Shown: positions 27,101-48,179 of the stretch, in pieces | How the letters are laid out: each line of letters begins with the position of its first letter | Position numbering within the stretch: position 1 is the stretch's first letter | Origin: Dimorphilus gyrociliatus | Taxonomy: Eukaryota; Animalia; Annelida | Direction of reading: 5' to 3' | Assembly: GCA_904063045.1 (NCBI GenBank) | Contig: CAJFCJ010000012.1 | Coordinates: 992,001-1,056,000, forward strand | DNA: 64,000 nucleotides | The notes under the pieces: model-generated | What the model was told of the DNA's origin: nothing | Seen by the model: the letters and a program-made list of their open reading frames with translations, nothing else | Databases searched by the model: none | Made by a program: the position numbers and the translations under genes

Positions 27101-28601
27101 TATATGCAAATGTAGAATTCTGTGTGATTTCACAAAACTTGAATGAAAAAAAAGGCGGGAATGAGTTAAGGCATGAAGAATGAAAAGAGAGGTGGGAAAA
27201 AAAATCAATGAATTTTCTTCTCTCATATATTTTCCTCCTCAATGAGCGGGAATAAATAAAGAGAAGGGGAGGGATCGAACGGATCGTGTTCAATAGGCAA
27301 CTTGACTAAAATGTTACGTGTTAAAAAAAGGAAATAACTGAATACTACAAAAGTTCTTCAGTTTTTCTCAATGACAATAAATTCTCTCTTTAAAATACAA
27401 TCTTATGGATGGTTCTTTTCTGACGGTTGTAAAAACTCATTGAAATAAGCTCAAGGATTAATTTTTAATACTTCCTTTCATCGCTTCAGCCTATAGGCCT
27501 TAAAACTGTAATCGTAAAACTTTTCCGGTAATAGAATTTATAGACAAAAGAAGTTGTTTGAACTTTTCAACTTTTTCGGTTACGGCCCTTTTAAGAGGTT
27601 TTGCCATTAACGCCGGAAAATAATACACCTGTATAGCCCTAAGTATTCAAGCGGGCACGCGGCATCCGCTACCAATAGCATATAGTAACTCTTTTATGCG
27701 TGACAGTAAACTAATTTGCATAACTAATGAGCGGATACTCTTGCCGTGCTTAAGCAGGTGGTAAACAATGCAAATAATTAAAATCAAAAGATTTGACACG
27801 GCCAAAAGAGACGAAGAAAGGAAATTGAATTGAAAAGGAACCACCTACCTCCGGTTTCCAACTACAATTGGACGATTTAGGCTTCTTTTTCCACTTTTTC
27901 GTGAAGATAAGATTTCTCGACGGCGATGAAGGCGGTTTATCCTTAATCGTATCTGTAGGTGAATCATTGTCGTTCATGAAACCGTAATCGTAATCATCTA
28001 TAGCTGTTAAATCGCCATCGGATTTCGATAGATCGGTTTTACGTTTAAACAGGCGTTTTTGCGTTACTGATGTATTTCTTCTAAGTTTTAATGTTTCATT
28101 CTCTGTGAAAGGATTACGTAAATGCTCGCTGAAGCGTCGAAATCTTTGTAATGTGCTCAGGGGACATTCGATTGGAGTTATTTGCTCACTGTAACGTCTC
28201 TTGTTCACGTAAGCGGCTGCAGCCGCTTCATGCCGGGCTAGAATTTCATCAACGCTACATCTCCTCCTTAGCATTGAGCTCTTCGACGTTTCTTGATAGC
28301 TAAATATATTATCTTGACCTTCTGATGCCTCACTCGAGCTAGGCGAATCAGACGTTTGTAATCCACTATCAGATCCGTTGGAGGCGTTTCGTGCTACACG
28401 TACTCTAGTAGCTCTAAATATTTCGCCTTTACAAGTTGCATATTCGGGTAAACTACTCAAACGTTGTAGGTAGACGGGTCGTTTAGTTACGTCATCCTTT
28501 GCGTCATAAAATCCAGGTGCACTTCGGTTTTGTTTTGGAGGTGTCCGGTCCGTCTGCGTTTGCAGATTGTAGAATTTGTTAGATAGGACTTCAGCGTCCA
28601 T
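21102..28601 (-). CDS. ARHGAP6: ARHGAP6/RhoGAP102A-like Rho GTPase-activating protein; 8 exons, intron 1 about 4.6 kb (27848-23285)
   Basis: RhoGAP domain with GIFRIGSSMKRIRQLR (arginine finger), LKEYFRDLP and KMDSHNLARLFGPNIL. The ARHGAP6-type upstream block is CIW...LTDVERIALQKIAFNKLQ...VNIPK. Exon 1 ends SNCSWKPE at a GT donor. Confidence 0.88.
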
Positions 28602-29519
28602 TTGCTTGTAGCCGAAATTAAGTTCAATTAAAAAAATTATATCAAGTTTCGAGGAAAAATCTTCGGATACACAGGTGATTTTTTTCAATACGATCAAGGT
28701 AAGTTGTGAGCCCCTTAGCAGCGTGACAATGTTTGATTTGTAGTACAATGTGCACGCGACAGAGGGCGCAACAATAGTTAAAAAGCTTTCAAAAGGATAT
28801 GATCTCTGATTGGTTGAAACCCCTTGAACTTTTAGAAAATCGACGTATGTTAAAGTAGCCGGAAATCTAAATAATGAGGCTGATGAAAATTAAGAATAAA
28901 TGCTAGAACGATAAACCATAAGGCAAAAGTTCAGACCTTATGTTATTTGTCTTTTTTTAGCCCTAATATCAGATGTACGTTTTTATCTTTTAATTCCTCT
29001 CTACGCTCTTTCTCTCTTTCCTTTCCAACTATTTTTTCCTTTTTTTCCCTATCTAACCAAACAGTGCGTTATCTACTCCGTTTATCAGTTTTGATGAAGA
29101 TAAGGATTGAATTATTGACTCTTTAACCGCTTCCAACTATGCATTCATGTAAATAAAAAAGTGTACATGTAAACAATGTTCTTGCCCCGAATTTTGTTTG
29201 TTTTTCTTGCGTCCAGGTTTCGTTAGTTTTCCAGGCAGATGTACTTTACCGTTTTCCGGTCGAATTATTCATGGATTAATCGGGAGCAAGAAGGAAAAAG
29301 ATAAATCTATTCCAATTTTTCCAAACTAGATATATTTAGCTTAAAAGTATCTTGAAGGGTGTAAAATATCCATTATTACGTAATCGCCACGCCTTTTGTC
29401 TTTCCATAATTAAAAATTTCTTTGAGTTTTTATTTTCAAAGAAATAGTTAAACCAAATTTAACAAGATGTTTTCTCATTTTAAGTTAGATTATATATATT
29501 ACTTGTATTATAATATATA

Positions 29520-29710
29520 TCTTTGCCAGGAAATATATATATATATATCTATATATACTAGTATATATATATATACTAGCTTTAGAGTAGCTAGGCCCAG
29601 AGATAACTTTCTAGAATAAGTCGTTAATTTAAAATTATTATTACCCTGGTATATATTTGTAAATTGGTCTAGATCATACATAAGTGGATAAATATTGCTT
29701 AAGAGTATCG

Positions 29711-29745
<35 letters not shown>
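29520..29745. repeat. (TA)n microsatellite tracts
   Basis: Long atatat runs at about 29530-29580 and 29713-29741. Confidence 0.85.
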
Positions 29746-30601
29746 GCACATACATACTGTATATATAGAGAAAGGAAAGAAAGTAGTTCACTATGCAGTA
29801 ATTTAATACACGTTGCGATAGTTGAAAGAAAAATGAAGAAAAGTATAAACTGACTCACCGTCACTAAGTGTAAGTTTGGGAGGTTTTTCCGCCATTCCGC
29901 CCGAAATCGCGGAATTAATCCACTAAGATATAAAATGTTGACAAAAATGACAAAAAAACGTCTCGTTTATATCCAATGAGCATCGATCATGAAATATTTA
30001 AAACACTCGAAGAAACATTGTTAGATGAAAGTAAATACGGCGTTAATTTAGCCTATAAATCCATTGATGGTAAAATTCTCTGATGAAATGAATTGTCCCA
30101 ATGGTAACATATTAGCCGCGCCTAGGCGGACCTCAGCCTGAACTCTGCACTCGAACTCTGAAAATCGAAGAATCGCACATTGGCTATCGGCTATCTCTTG
30201 CCAATGCGTTGTTCTCTAACTGTTTCCATAGCGATTCTAGGTCCAATGCGCCTGCGTCATGAAACTAATATAGCTTTTGCAGTACGGCTGCAGCCGCTTC
30301 TTACGAAATAGCCTAAACATACGCTATATAAATTATTTTCAATTAATATTAATGTCTATCTTTATCTTCTTCATTCTAATGTTTTACTTATATGTCTTTT
30401 TTTATATCATTTTATGATTTTTTGTAATAATTTGAAATTATAGTTATCATTACATAAAGAAAATGCATGAGCTACTAATTGGAACTTGCATAATTTAACA
30501 CAAAGATACAAAGTGTAATTTTATAAGCAAAAAAAGTTTTCTTAAATTTTGTCTACAAAAATGTTAATGTATTTGAAAAGCCTGCGAATAGAATCTAATA
30601 T

Positions 30602-33600
30602 TCACTCTCCCACAGCTTTTAAGCCATTAGAGCATCCACTTGGACAAGGGCTGGAAACGCAAGTTGTGGGTGGAACGAAGCGCCTTGAAGACCCTTTTTT
30701 CGAGCAGACAGACGAAGATGCCCTAGTGGAAACCCGAGATCCAGGATAGCTAGACGGAGGTCGTGGTTGCCTTACAGTTGCCAACATAGCTCGTAGCGTG
30801 TCGGTATCTGAGAAATTTTCCTTCTTAAGTAATTTTAAGCAACTTTTCCTCCATCTTTTTATCATAAAGTCTCACACATATAAACCAGCCATACATATAT
30901 ACGCACTTTCCCTCAGTCCTTCACTCATATGCACGCATACACACGCACGCACACGCACACATATATAGATATATATACACACACCCCTTCAAATTTAGGC
31001 CTACTTACCCTGACCTAGCGCTTCAGCGCTGCTTTGCAAATTATTAGCAAGAGCAGAAATAGTTTGCGGTTGTACGTAAACGTTTTCTTTCATTTCATAC
31101 TGTGATTTTATGGGACTATCGTATTCTCTATCGTATGTTGTTCTTGTTCCAACATTTAAAAAATGAGTTGGTACTTTAGGTACTTTTGATTTTGTTGGAA
31201 ATGAAAAGAAAAAGCAAATAAATTAGTCAAGTAATTAACTTATTAATTAACTATTTCTATTGTAACATATTGACTTTATCTTTTTTTACTAACTAAAAAT
31301 GTTGGCTTTCAAAAGTTAAAAAAGTTAATTAAAAGTTTTAAAACTTTTTTAAGCGCCATCTATCAAAGAAATAGTCTGTATCGCCATCTATAAAAACCCC
31401 TACTTACTAACGCCAGCTGACGTTTTTTGCTTATTTTTATTGCAGGCATATCTAGTGTTCGACGTTGCCAATTCCGGTTCAACTACACGGCCACCCTGCG
31501 GAAATGCAATAGAGATTGATTAAACGCTTCATATTTTTCTTTGCCTAAACCTGATACGTTTCTCTGCTTGTCGAGTCCAGGGTATATTTTGCTTTAGATC
31601 TAGGATCATGATCTGGTTCCGTAAAAGCGCTTTTAATGCTGTAACCTTGCGGTAAACCCAAAAAGTCCTGCTGATAAGTTGATTTTAGTTTTCCCCTCAT
31701 CACTTCGTCAAACTTTTCGTTAGTTAAATCAGCGGGATATGAACCAGTTTGAGCTTCGAATTGCATTCTTCTAGGGAATTTCCACATCATAAAAGTCTGA
31801 GTTTAAAATTAAGCTATATTATAATCATGGTCTTCATTTTTAATATTTACTATCAGTAAATTAAACTTTATCAATTACCTCTCCAGGATGAGGATTGTTA
31901 TTTCTATTGCCGGTCGATGAACCCGATCTAATTGGTTCTTGCCTCCCATTCTCCTTATGCCAATACTCATCTTCGTAATGAGTCATACCAGTAGCTCCTT
32001 TAAATTGAGATGGTAACGTATAAGTCCCGTGAGTTGAGGGAGGTCTATGAAAGACAAAATTTGAAGTGAATTAGTGACTGAAAAACTTTGTATACCAATA
32101 AATATATTGTATTTTTTTCCACCTTCTCTCTCTTGATCTCTATACCTTTCTCTCTGACTCTCTTTCTTTATTGTTTTATATCAACGGGCAAAACAGTTTA
32201 TTGGTTTTTTTTCTTCACGTTTTCGATTTTATCGATTTTTAAAAGACTAGCGCAAACTTTTCTAACTATGCTTAAAGCGGAAAATTATAAAGATTAAACT
32301 ACTCTGCTATAGTCCTATATACAATATACAAGTATGTACTATATTTCATTCTCTTTTTTCTGTTTGTTTGTATATTTCTTTTATTAAATTTTGCTTTTCT
32401 CTATTTAAATCAGCTGTATATTAATATTCATATTGCACTTAAAGTAAATTTTAATATGTTTTTGAAAATCTTTTTAATAGCATGCAAATTGAACAAGTTG
32501 CAACTACTCCATACAAAGATATATACTTTATTTACAAAAAGACAATAAGAACTAAAAAAATTTTTTTTTATACAACAAGGTTATAGTAGGCCTATGCAAA
32601 CTTTAGTTTACAGCGAGAGAAAAGAAAGAGTAAGGAAGTTCTATAGATAAAGGAAGCGATAAATAGATAAAAAGATAGAAGAAGGGTGGTAGGAGGGGGT
32701 TTGGATGAGAGTAAAAGATTAAATAATGGGAATATAACAGCAAAATTTTCTATTAATTTAATTATGATAAATGGAATTGTAGCATTTTTCTAAATTGACC
32801 TTTGATGTAAAATTTACGATATAAATGCATGTACACATGCGAATAAATGCGTGCGTATGCACGCACAAACAAACGTGTATAGATATATATACTGTATATA
32901 TAGTATATACACGTACGTAAGCTATCTGTTCTCTCTCTCTCTCTCCTCTCTCCTCTCTCCTCTCTCTCTCTCTCTCCTTCTTCTCTATCAAAGCTTTCAA
33001 ATATATCAAACTTCTGCTATTTTTATTTTTTTTCTAAAGAATAGCTTATTTATATAGATTACTTTTCAAATAACAATGAAAAACAATGAAACGAATGGAC
33101 ACACATGTAACATTATAAAGTGTAAAAGTTCTCAAAGTATAATTTATATGTAAAAGTTTGACATATAAAATAAGAATACGCTAAATGGAAATTTTTTAAG
33201 GAGTGGAAAAGAGGGGATTGAATATTGGAGCAAGTCCTTTTTTTTATTTTCCTGTGTTTGAGCTGCTATATTGTTAAGCTTTCATAGATTTGGAATTACT
33301 AATATGCTTAATTGAAATAGTATAATGCAATTAGAAGCAATCATTAGGAAATCAATATTGACTTCACTGTTGCCTTTCGATAGGATCAATAATATCTTTC
33401 AGTACACAATAGAAAGCAATATTTTTCTTTAACTAGCACCTTTTCCCTAGTATATTTCTTAGATAAACAGGTTTAAAAAGTTATGAGAAAAACATACGGA
33501 TTAGGAGGAGGATAAGCAACAAGTTCTATTAACTCTAATCTAACCCTACCTTTCGGCTGTTGTTTCTACACATGATTTAGGCCTAAATTGCCTTTTGTAA

Positions 33601-34318
33601 GAAGTTACGTAGGGACCATATAGCTCCTCCCTCACCGGTACTTCTAAAATAAAGAAAATATAGCTATAATTAAGGAATTTTTGAAAATTTTTCGTTAATT
33701 ACAAATGTATATTATACCTCCTCGTTTTGCTGAATAAGCCATTGCGGTTCTTGGTCTTTTAGATTGTGGTGATAAAGGTCTGCAGTTTACGGAAGAACTT
33801 CGGTTTTGTTCCCTAATATCTAAGGCTTTCAAGAGATCTAAGCATTTAGTCTTATCCTCTTCAGATGCTTTACTATAGTAGTTTTGAATTTGATCCCGTA
33901 TTGAGCCGGAAACGAGAAAATCTCCAATCTATAAGGGTGATAGTGTGATAGACGAAACAAAATCGGAGCTCTTAAAGTTCTTCGTAACAGTTGACAATTT
34001 AGGTAGCCTATACTATGTTACCTAGCTACTTTATCGCGACCCGGATAAACCGGTTAATAAAGATAAGGCATATAAGTAGGCCATATATACGTAATAGTCC
34101 AAGAGTGTTTAGTAAACATAAAATGACAAGCACTTAATGAATGTAAATTGCTTAAAATTGTAATTCAAACATACCTTAGTCGAAGCAGGTCTCTTAATTT
34201 GGGTAGAATTTCTGCTTTCATTCTCTCTATGACATAATTCAAATGAACAAGGGGTAGATGTTGGTCTCATCATTTTCCAACTAGGATTTGGGTATAAAGC
34301 TGCTATTTTAGCAGCCAT
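30602..34318 (-). CDS. TEX26: TEX26-like axonemal/testis protein with N- and C-terminal extensions (8 exons)
   Basis: The spliced product has YVTSYKRQFRPK, THYEDEYWHK, RNNNPHP, KSTYQQDFLG, DSTSRETYQ, PELATSNTRYACN and RTTYDREY. These match my recollection of the order and content of TEX26 motifs, and all splice phases are compatible. Confidence 0.72.
30930..30985. repeat. (CA)/(CACG)/(TA) compound microsatellite in the last TEX26-like intron
   Basis: gcacgcatacacacgcacgcacacgcacacatatatagatatatatacacaca. Confidence 0.7.
32930..32980. repeat. (CT)n microsatellite in a TEX26-like intron
   Basis: Imperfect ctctctct run. Confidence 0.85.
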
Positions 34319-34351
34319 GTTTACGGGGGAACTGAACGAAACGAGGCGTCT

Positions 34352-34391
34352 GTTGCTATTGAAATTCCTTATATAAACAGGCCTTGGTAAC
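34352..34391. promoter_or_regulatory. RFX X-box-like motifs upstream of the TEX26-like start
   Basis: GTTGCTATTGAAAT (34352-34365) and CCTTGGTAAC (34382-34391) lie within about 75 bp of the ATG; both are imperfect matches to GTTRCCATGGYAAC. Confidence 0.4.
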
Positions 34392-35597
34392 GTGCCACCG
34401 TCATTGATCTAATCGTTTTAGCAATGCAGATTAGTATATCGACTTAAAGGCCTATAACATGATTCTTTATATGGATAAATAGCGGTTTTCATTTTTATTC
34501 AAGTAATATAAAATTACGATTCTATTAAAGAGTTTTCCAATAAAATCTTTGTCTTTATTTACACTACATGATCTAAAAGGCAGAAAATCTGGTGGTCAAT
34601 AAGGATAAAACGGCGTAGTTATGTTTACCTTCTACATACAAATACTTAAAACAACCGAACAAAACGGTTAAACCGTAACAAAATCAATTTTTGCGATACT
34701 TGGAGAGATGTATGTAATTTCATTCTGTTAATAATTTCCCATTCGTGTCTTTGTATAGAGAATAGTATATAATTAATATTAATGACTTATTTTAACATTT
34801 TTTCCATTTTATTACCCATTTTATCAATTTAATTTAAATAAGCTCATTCTAGCTAAGAATTCAATTAATCTTCCCGTTTTTTGCATGATAAGCAATTTCA
34901 AAACTACGCTACGGAAAAGCTTAATTTCCTATTTAACGATCACTTTTACTTTTTAGTAAAACGACTTATTTTGATAGTTTAAGTGGGCATATAAGTTTTA
35001 CAGATTTTATTATGAAATTTATCAAATTCTCTATAATTCCTATGGTTTACTATAACACTTTGAGAAAGAAGATAGACTCTTTTTTTGATCTATACTAGAC
35101 AAATGGAAGTTCTTATAGTATATATTAGCTAATCTCATTTCCTTTCTTTTTTCCGCTTCTCATTTACTTTTCTTATAGAAGTTTTTGCTTAAAATATTTA
35201 TTGAATTATGTTTATAACAAACGGAAATTATTTAAAAATAGATAGTTATATGCTCTCTCTCTCTTTTCATCATTGCTCTTGGGTGTTTTTGCTATGGTTC
35301 AACTTAAAAACAACTTCTGACAAAATCTCTGGTTTTTCTCTTTGTACTTGGTTAATTATATTCTGTAAGGGTTTCTGTATGCTATTTTTATCGCCCTATG
35401 CCTTTTCTGCTTTTTTTTCCAAGCTAAACTCTAAAGATAATTTAAAAAAAAACAACTCAAAATGACTTTCTCTCTTCTCTTTCATATTTCTATTGTCAAT
35501 TAGTGATATTTCTTTTTAGTTAATCTATCATCAAAACGTAAATTGTATTATAACAGTTATGCATATCTATTATCACAAATTAATAGGTTTCTTTTAT

Positions 35598-39512
<3,915 letters not shown>

Positions 39513-39797
39513 GCTATCTAATTATAATTTACTAATAAAATATGATTGCGAGTTGGCCCTTTTATTGACCAACTTTTCACATCTTATCGTAATTGATTAT
39601 TTACAATTTCATGATAACACAAAATTTATTTTTTTAAATTATAATAATATAACATACATGTCTAAGTCAAATTTTTTCGAAATCCTTGACCACATTACCG
39701 ATATCGTATTATCGCGATTGATGATAAACGCAGGATAAGAATATCTTCTCTAGTCTAGAAATAAAATGTGACTTATTCTCAACTATTTGTATGACAT
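39513..39797. promoter_or_regulatory. Short shared (bidirectional) promoter between the two GH31 genes
   Basis: The divergent start codons lie only about 285-312 bp apart (39512 on minus; 39798/39825 on plus). Confidence 0.7.
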
Positions 39798-39824
39798 ATG
39801 CTGAGAGATTCATATAGTGGTAAC

Positions 39825-44334
<4,510 letters not shown>

Positions 44335-44826
44335 AAATGAAACTTATTAAATACAATATTATCTTATTCTGGCAAACTAAACACAATATAGAACAAAGAA
44401 AGCTGTATATATCGCTTATAAGTCATTTCCTTTATAACATAGAAGATGATAAATATAGAATTTCTTTAATTTTAGTCATTGAACAAATATTCTCTTAATG
44501 AAATGTAGTTGACATAAGCTGTTGTAGATCATTTAAATTTTAATATTGTATTAATTTTCTTTAGCCTACGATTTTCGTATTAATGATCGATAATCTCTTT
44601 TATTCCATTCAATTATCTTCGTCCACCCCCGTTTTTTTCCTATTTCCTAATACCATTTCTTTTGAAGTCCTCAGATAATCTTTGCCTTTTTGACTCATAG
44701 CTCTCCGTCCTTTCTCTGGCTTTTTGATTCTTTTTAGTTCTTCCTACTTTCATTGATATTCTTTTTTTACTGTCTAGCTTTTCGCTAGGAGGTTTTATAA
44801 CGCAAATCTTAATTTCTTTTATCCTA

Positions 44827-46799
44827 ATGCCTTTACTTATTTCAAAAACAAATTTATTCCCTTTAATTTTACTTTTTCATCTTAGCCAATCAGTAATATG
44901 TACAGAATTTGGAGGAAAACTTTTTCTACATGTTATCCCCGATCAACACGTTTATGAATTATTCACTTCTCCGAATAGCATAAGCAACTGGCTTAAGGTT
45001 TAAAAATCTTTTATTATTTTACTGTTCTTTTTGTATTAGATAACTATTATATGTTGAATAGATAGCGTTCTTTCTAACAATAGCTATCTTTTTTTAAATT
45101 TCAGATAAGAGGATCTTTAGTTATTAATGAAATATCTTCTACTTGCCAATTTATCAAAGATAATTCTATAAGAGAAACAGCCAATAAAATTTTAATGATT
45201 AAAGTATTTAAAAGCTTATTATTTAATGAATTATGCGTTAAAGCCCTTGAAAATTATGTGGAGAAGGGCATAACAGCTATTCTGATAGTTTTAAAAAATG
45301 AGGACGGTTAATTTTCCTTTTCAATAAACCTTTCTGTTTATTTTTACAAATGAAATAATTACAAAGCAGATCTATTGAAAAGTGAAGATGCGACAGTACT
45401 TAGAAATGCTTTGAAAATACCAATTGGCTATGTCTTCACGAAGTTGATTGATCAAACTTATGCAGACCATGACAAGATTATAACTTTAACAAGAAGCGGG
45501 AACTTAACGATTAGCGCAAACTTTCCTGCAAATAAAAGAGCATACTATGGAATAATATCATATACAAGTTCAGTTACTGATGGAAACTTAGAAACGTATC
45601 GCATGCTTGCAAAAGACGCATTTTTTAGCATAGATCTGTCCAAAAAGGAGATTGTTAACTTAATAAGAATTTATGCAAACCCTACAGGTATATATATATA
45701 TACTAGTCTGCTGTATACTTCTGGATATAGTAAAATAAAAAAAATTATTGTTGCAATTAAGGATGCTTTCTAGAGAAAACCGCCGGATATTGTCTGCTAT
45801 CAACGACAGAGGAAAAATTAAACAATAACGAATGTCAAACCTCTTGTTTACTAAACAGAGATGGATTTGATTGCTGGTCAGCTTAAATTAAAAAAATTTA
45901 ACGATTTAATAAAAAAAAAGAAATATTTTGATACAAAACTATACTAATTAAATCAACAGGTCAGTTACTGCAAAATTTTCCCTATTCTATTCGGATTGGT
46001 GTTATCGAAGCTCAACGACTAAATCAGTTGATGACCTTGAAAAGGCGTCTTCTTGCAGTTACTACAAAAAAAAGTGCCTGGAACCTGGTAATAAATACGA
46101 TACAATTTATTTAATGAATATATTGGGAAAGTTCTTTTTTATAATTTAGAAAAGATGGGTATTAGTATAACTTTTAAAGATAGCTCGTCTGGTACTGCAA
46201 CTGGAAAATGTGAATTACAATTAGTATCTAAAGCTGCAAAATTTCATTGGCTTTATATTCCTTGTATGGGAACTGGTAAAAGCATAATAATTACTAATGA
46301 ACACTCTAACGCTTTAATCATATCGGAAATTGAATTCTATTACACACAAGCCCATCACGAGTCTACAAAAATTAATAAGATTTCAACTCAAGCTCAAACT
46401 ACATTAGAAGAGGCAACTACCGGATTCTCTGTCTCAGCAACCAAAGATAAAACAACATTAGAGACAACGACAGAGAATGTCCATTTTACGACAAGCGTTA
46501 GGGAATCAACAACGAAAGATCAATCGATGTTGGAGACAAACTTGATATCCTTCTGGGCGAAAAAAGAGAGAAAATTAAAGTTAAAATCTTATTCCCTAAG
46601 CACAAGTATTATGTTATGTTTCAAGAAATGTCGGGATAACAAAAACTGTAAAGTCTTTGATTATTCAACAAAAAATCAAATTTGTAATATTTACGTAGAT
46701 AATGTAAATAATTTAAAAAATTACGAATCTCTAATTGCATATGAAGAGAATAGTGCAGCTTTCCTATTAAAAAAAATAGAGAAATTGCCTCAATGTTGA
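44827..46799 (+). CDS. Secreted protein C: signal peptide, unrecognised N-terminal domain, F5/8C (fucolectin/discoidin)-like segment(s), Thr-rich stalk, PAN/apple domain
   Basis: Exons 44827-44997 (MPLLISKTNLFPLILLFHLSQSVIC...NWLK) and 45105-45306 splice in frame into the 45375 ORF. The last exon carries HWLYIPCMGTG...SEIEFY, a TTLE-rich tract and CFKKCRDNKNCKVFDY...C. Middle exons are uncertain. Confidence 0.7.
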
Positions 46800-46919
46800 C
46801 TTCTTATAAGTCATTTTTAGCAGTTAATTTTCTCAACTAAATAATTTTCCGAGTTCAATTTATATAATTAATGAAAATTTTGCAATTTCTCTTCACTTTT
46901 TTTGATTGATATATTGCAT

Positions 46920-48179
46920 TTATTTAATATATTCATTAAAAACTCTGATGTAATTTTCTATTCCGATTCTTAGTTTGCTCAAATCTGCTTTCATGTATCT
47001 ATACTTATGAACACCGCAACGATGATCTCTCTGATATTTTATAAAGTCATGAAACGCCTTTTCGCAATCTGCAGTCCATTCTATTTCTAATTGATTATAA
47101 ACTTCTTTAATCAACTTTAAGGGATTCAACTGCAATTCAGAGAAGGGAAGATGAATGTGACCACAATTGCCTTTGGTGTCCACTAATTTATTACATCCTT
47201 GAATACAATTTTCTATAGCAGAATTAGACAAATGATGGAAATCTTCGTGTCTTTGCGGAAATACATAAGTGACACCAGTAGCAAAACTCATCAAGGAAAA
47301 CCAAGACTGGCAGGTGACTACCGGATCTCTGTGTAATGTAATGAATCTGCAATCCGGAAATACAGTTTTCAAGGCTTCTAAATTGCAGTATTTAGACAAG
47401 TGAACCATAAATAATAATCGCCTACGTTCAATATTCTGTTTAAAACCCATAGCTTGAAAGTATAATTTAACATGATTGTAAATTTCTAACCAATCGATGT
47501 AGGTCAAATTTTGAAGAAATTTCTCATAATTAGGCACATTGAAAAAAATTGGAAGCATCATATCGATTCCTTGAGTAGACAAGATAAATAGCAAATCTTC
47601 TGGATTTGTAGCTTTCAGAGGATGAGCTAATTCAAAGTTTTTTGAATATAGCCGTAATATCATTTCGAATTTTTTCTTTGTGTCAGCTATCGTTCTTCTA
47701 TTTTGCAAAGTAAGAGGATCTTCTGGAAGGTGAGTGATATTGAGCATTTCCCAAAGCTCCGGCACTTTCCATCTTTTGTCTTGAGCCAGTAAACAATGAA
47801 AAAAAGTTGAACCAGTTCTTGGAAGCGTTAGTATTGCAACGGGATCTTTTATGGCCACTTGTCTAATAGATTGATCTTTTTTCACTATCCTATAAAGATT
47901 GCATCTGTTTTCCATTACTTGCCGATAATTTTCCTTAAATAGAAATCGGCCTACAATCGATAAATCTGGGCAGTTGTCCAAATCATTCAAGAGAATCTTT
48001 ATGGCCTTCTCAGCGATCGTATCCTTTATCTGCTTCCTACATTCAGAACTTAATTGCTTCTCAAATTTTTCATACGTTAAATTAACTAATTGATATCCGG
48101 TTATTTTAAATAGGAATGAACCCAAATAATCAATAATTATCTTTAAAAGGTAGAACACGTGTTTAAAAAACGCATTCAT
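46920..48179 (-). CDS. Intronless PAPS-dependent sulfotransferase of the bacterial-type (Sulfotransfer_3, mycobacterial Stf-like) family, 419 aa
   Basis: 5'-PSB loop LPRTGSTFFHCLLAQD, then WE, 3'-PB ITLHRDP...SW, and C-terminal HRCGVHKY. It is a single uninterrupted ORF. Confidence 0.85.
   Translation of the reverse strand: MNAFFKHVFYLLKIIIDYLGSFLFKITGYQLVNLTYEKFEKQLSSECRKQIKDTIAEKAIKILLNDLDNCPDLSIVGRFLFKENYRQVMENRCNLYRIVKKDQSIRQVAIKDPVAILTLPRTGSTFFHCLLAQDKRWKVPELWEMLNITHLPEDPLTLQNRRTIADTKKKFEMILRLYSKNFELAHPLKATNPEDLLFILSTQGIDMMLPIFFNVPNYEKFLQNLTYIDWLEIYNHVKLYFQAMGFKQNIERRRLLFMVHLSKYCNLEALKTVFPDCRFITLHRDPVVTCQSWFSLMSFATGVTYVFPQRHEDFHHLSNSAIENCIQGCNKLVDTKGNCGHIHLPFSELQLNPLKLIKEVYNQLEIEWTADCEKAFHDFIKYQRDHRCGVHKYRYMKADLSKLRIGIENYIRVFNEYIK

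Noticed and set aside
29508-33057. ORFs at 29508, 32758 and 32851 rich in YI or ER/SL
   Set aside because: Translations of (TA)n and (CT)n microsatellites.
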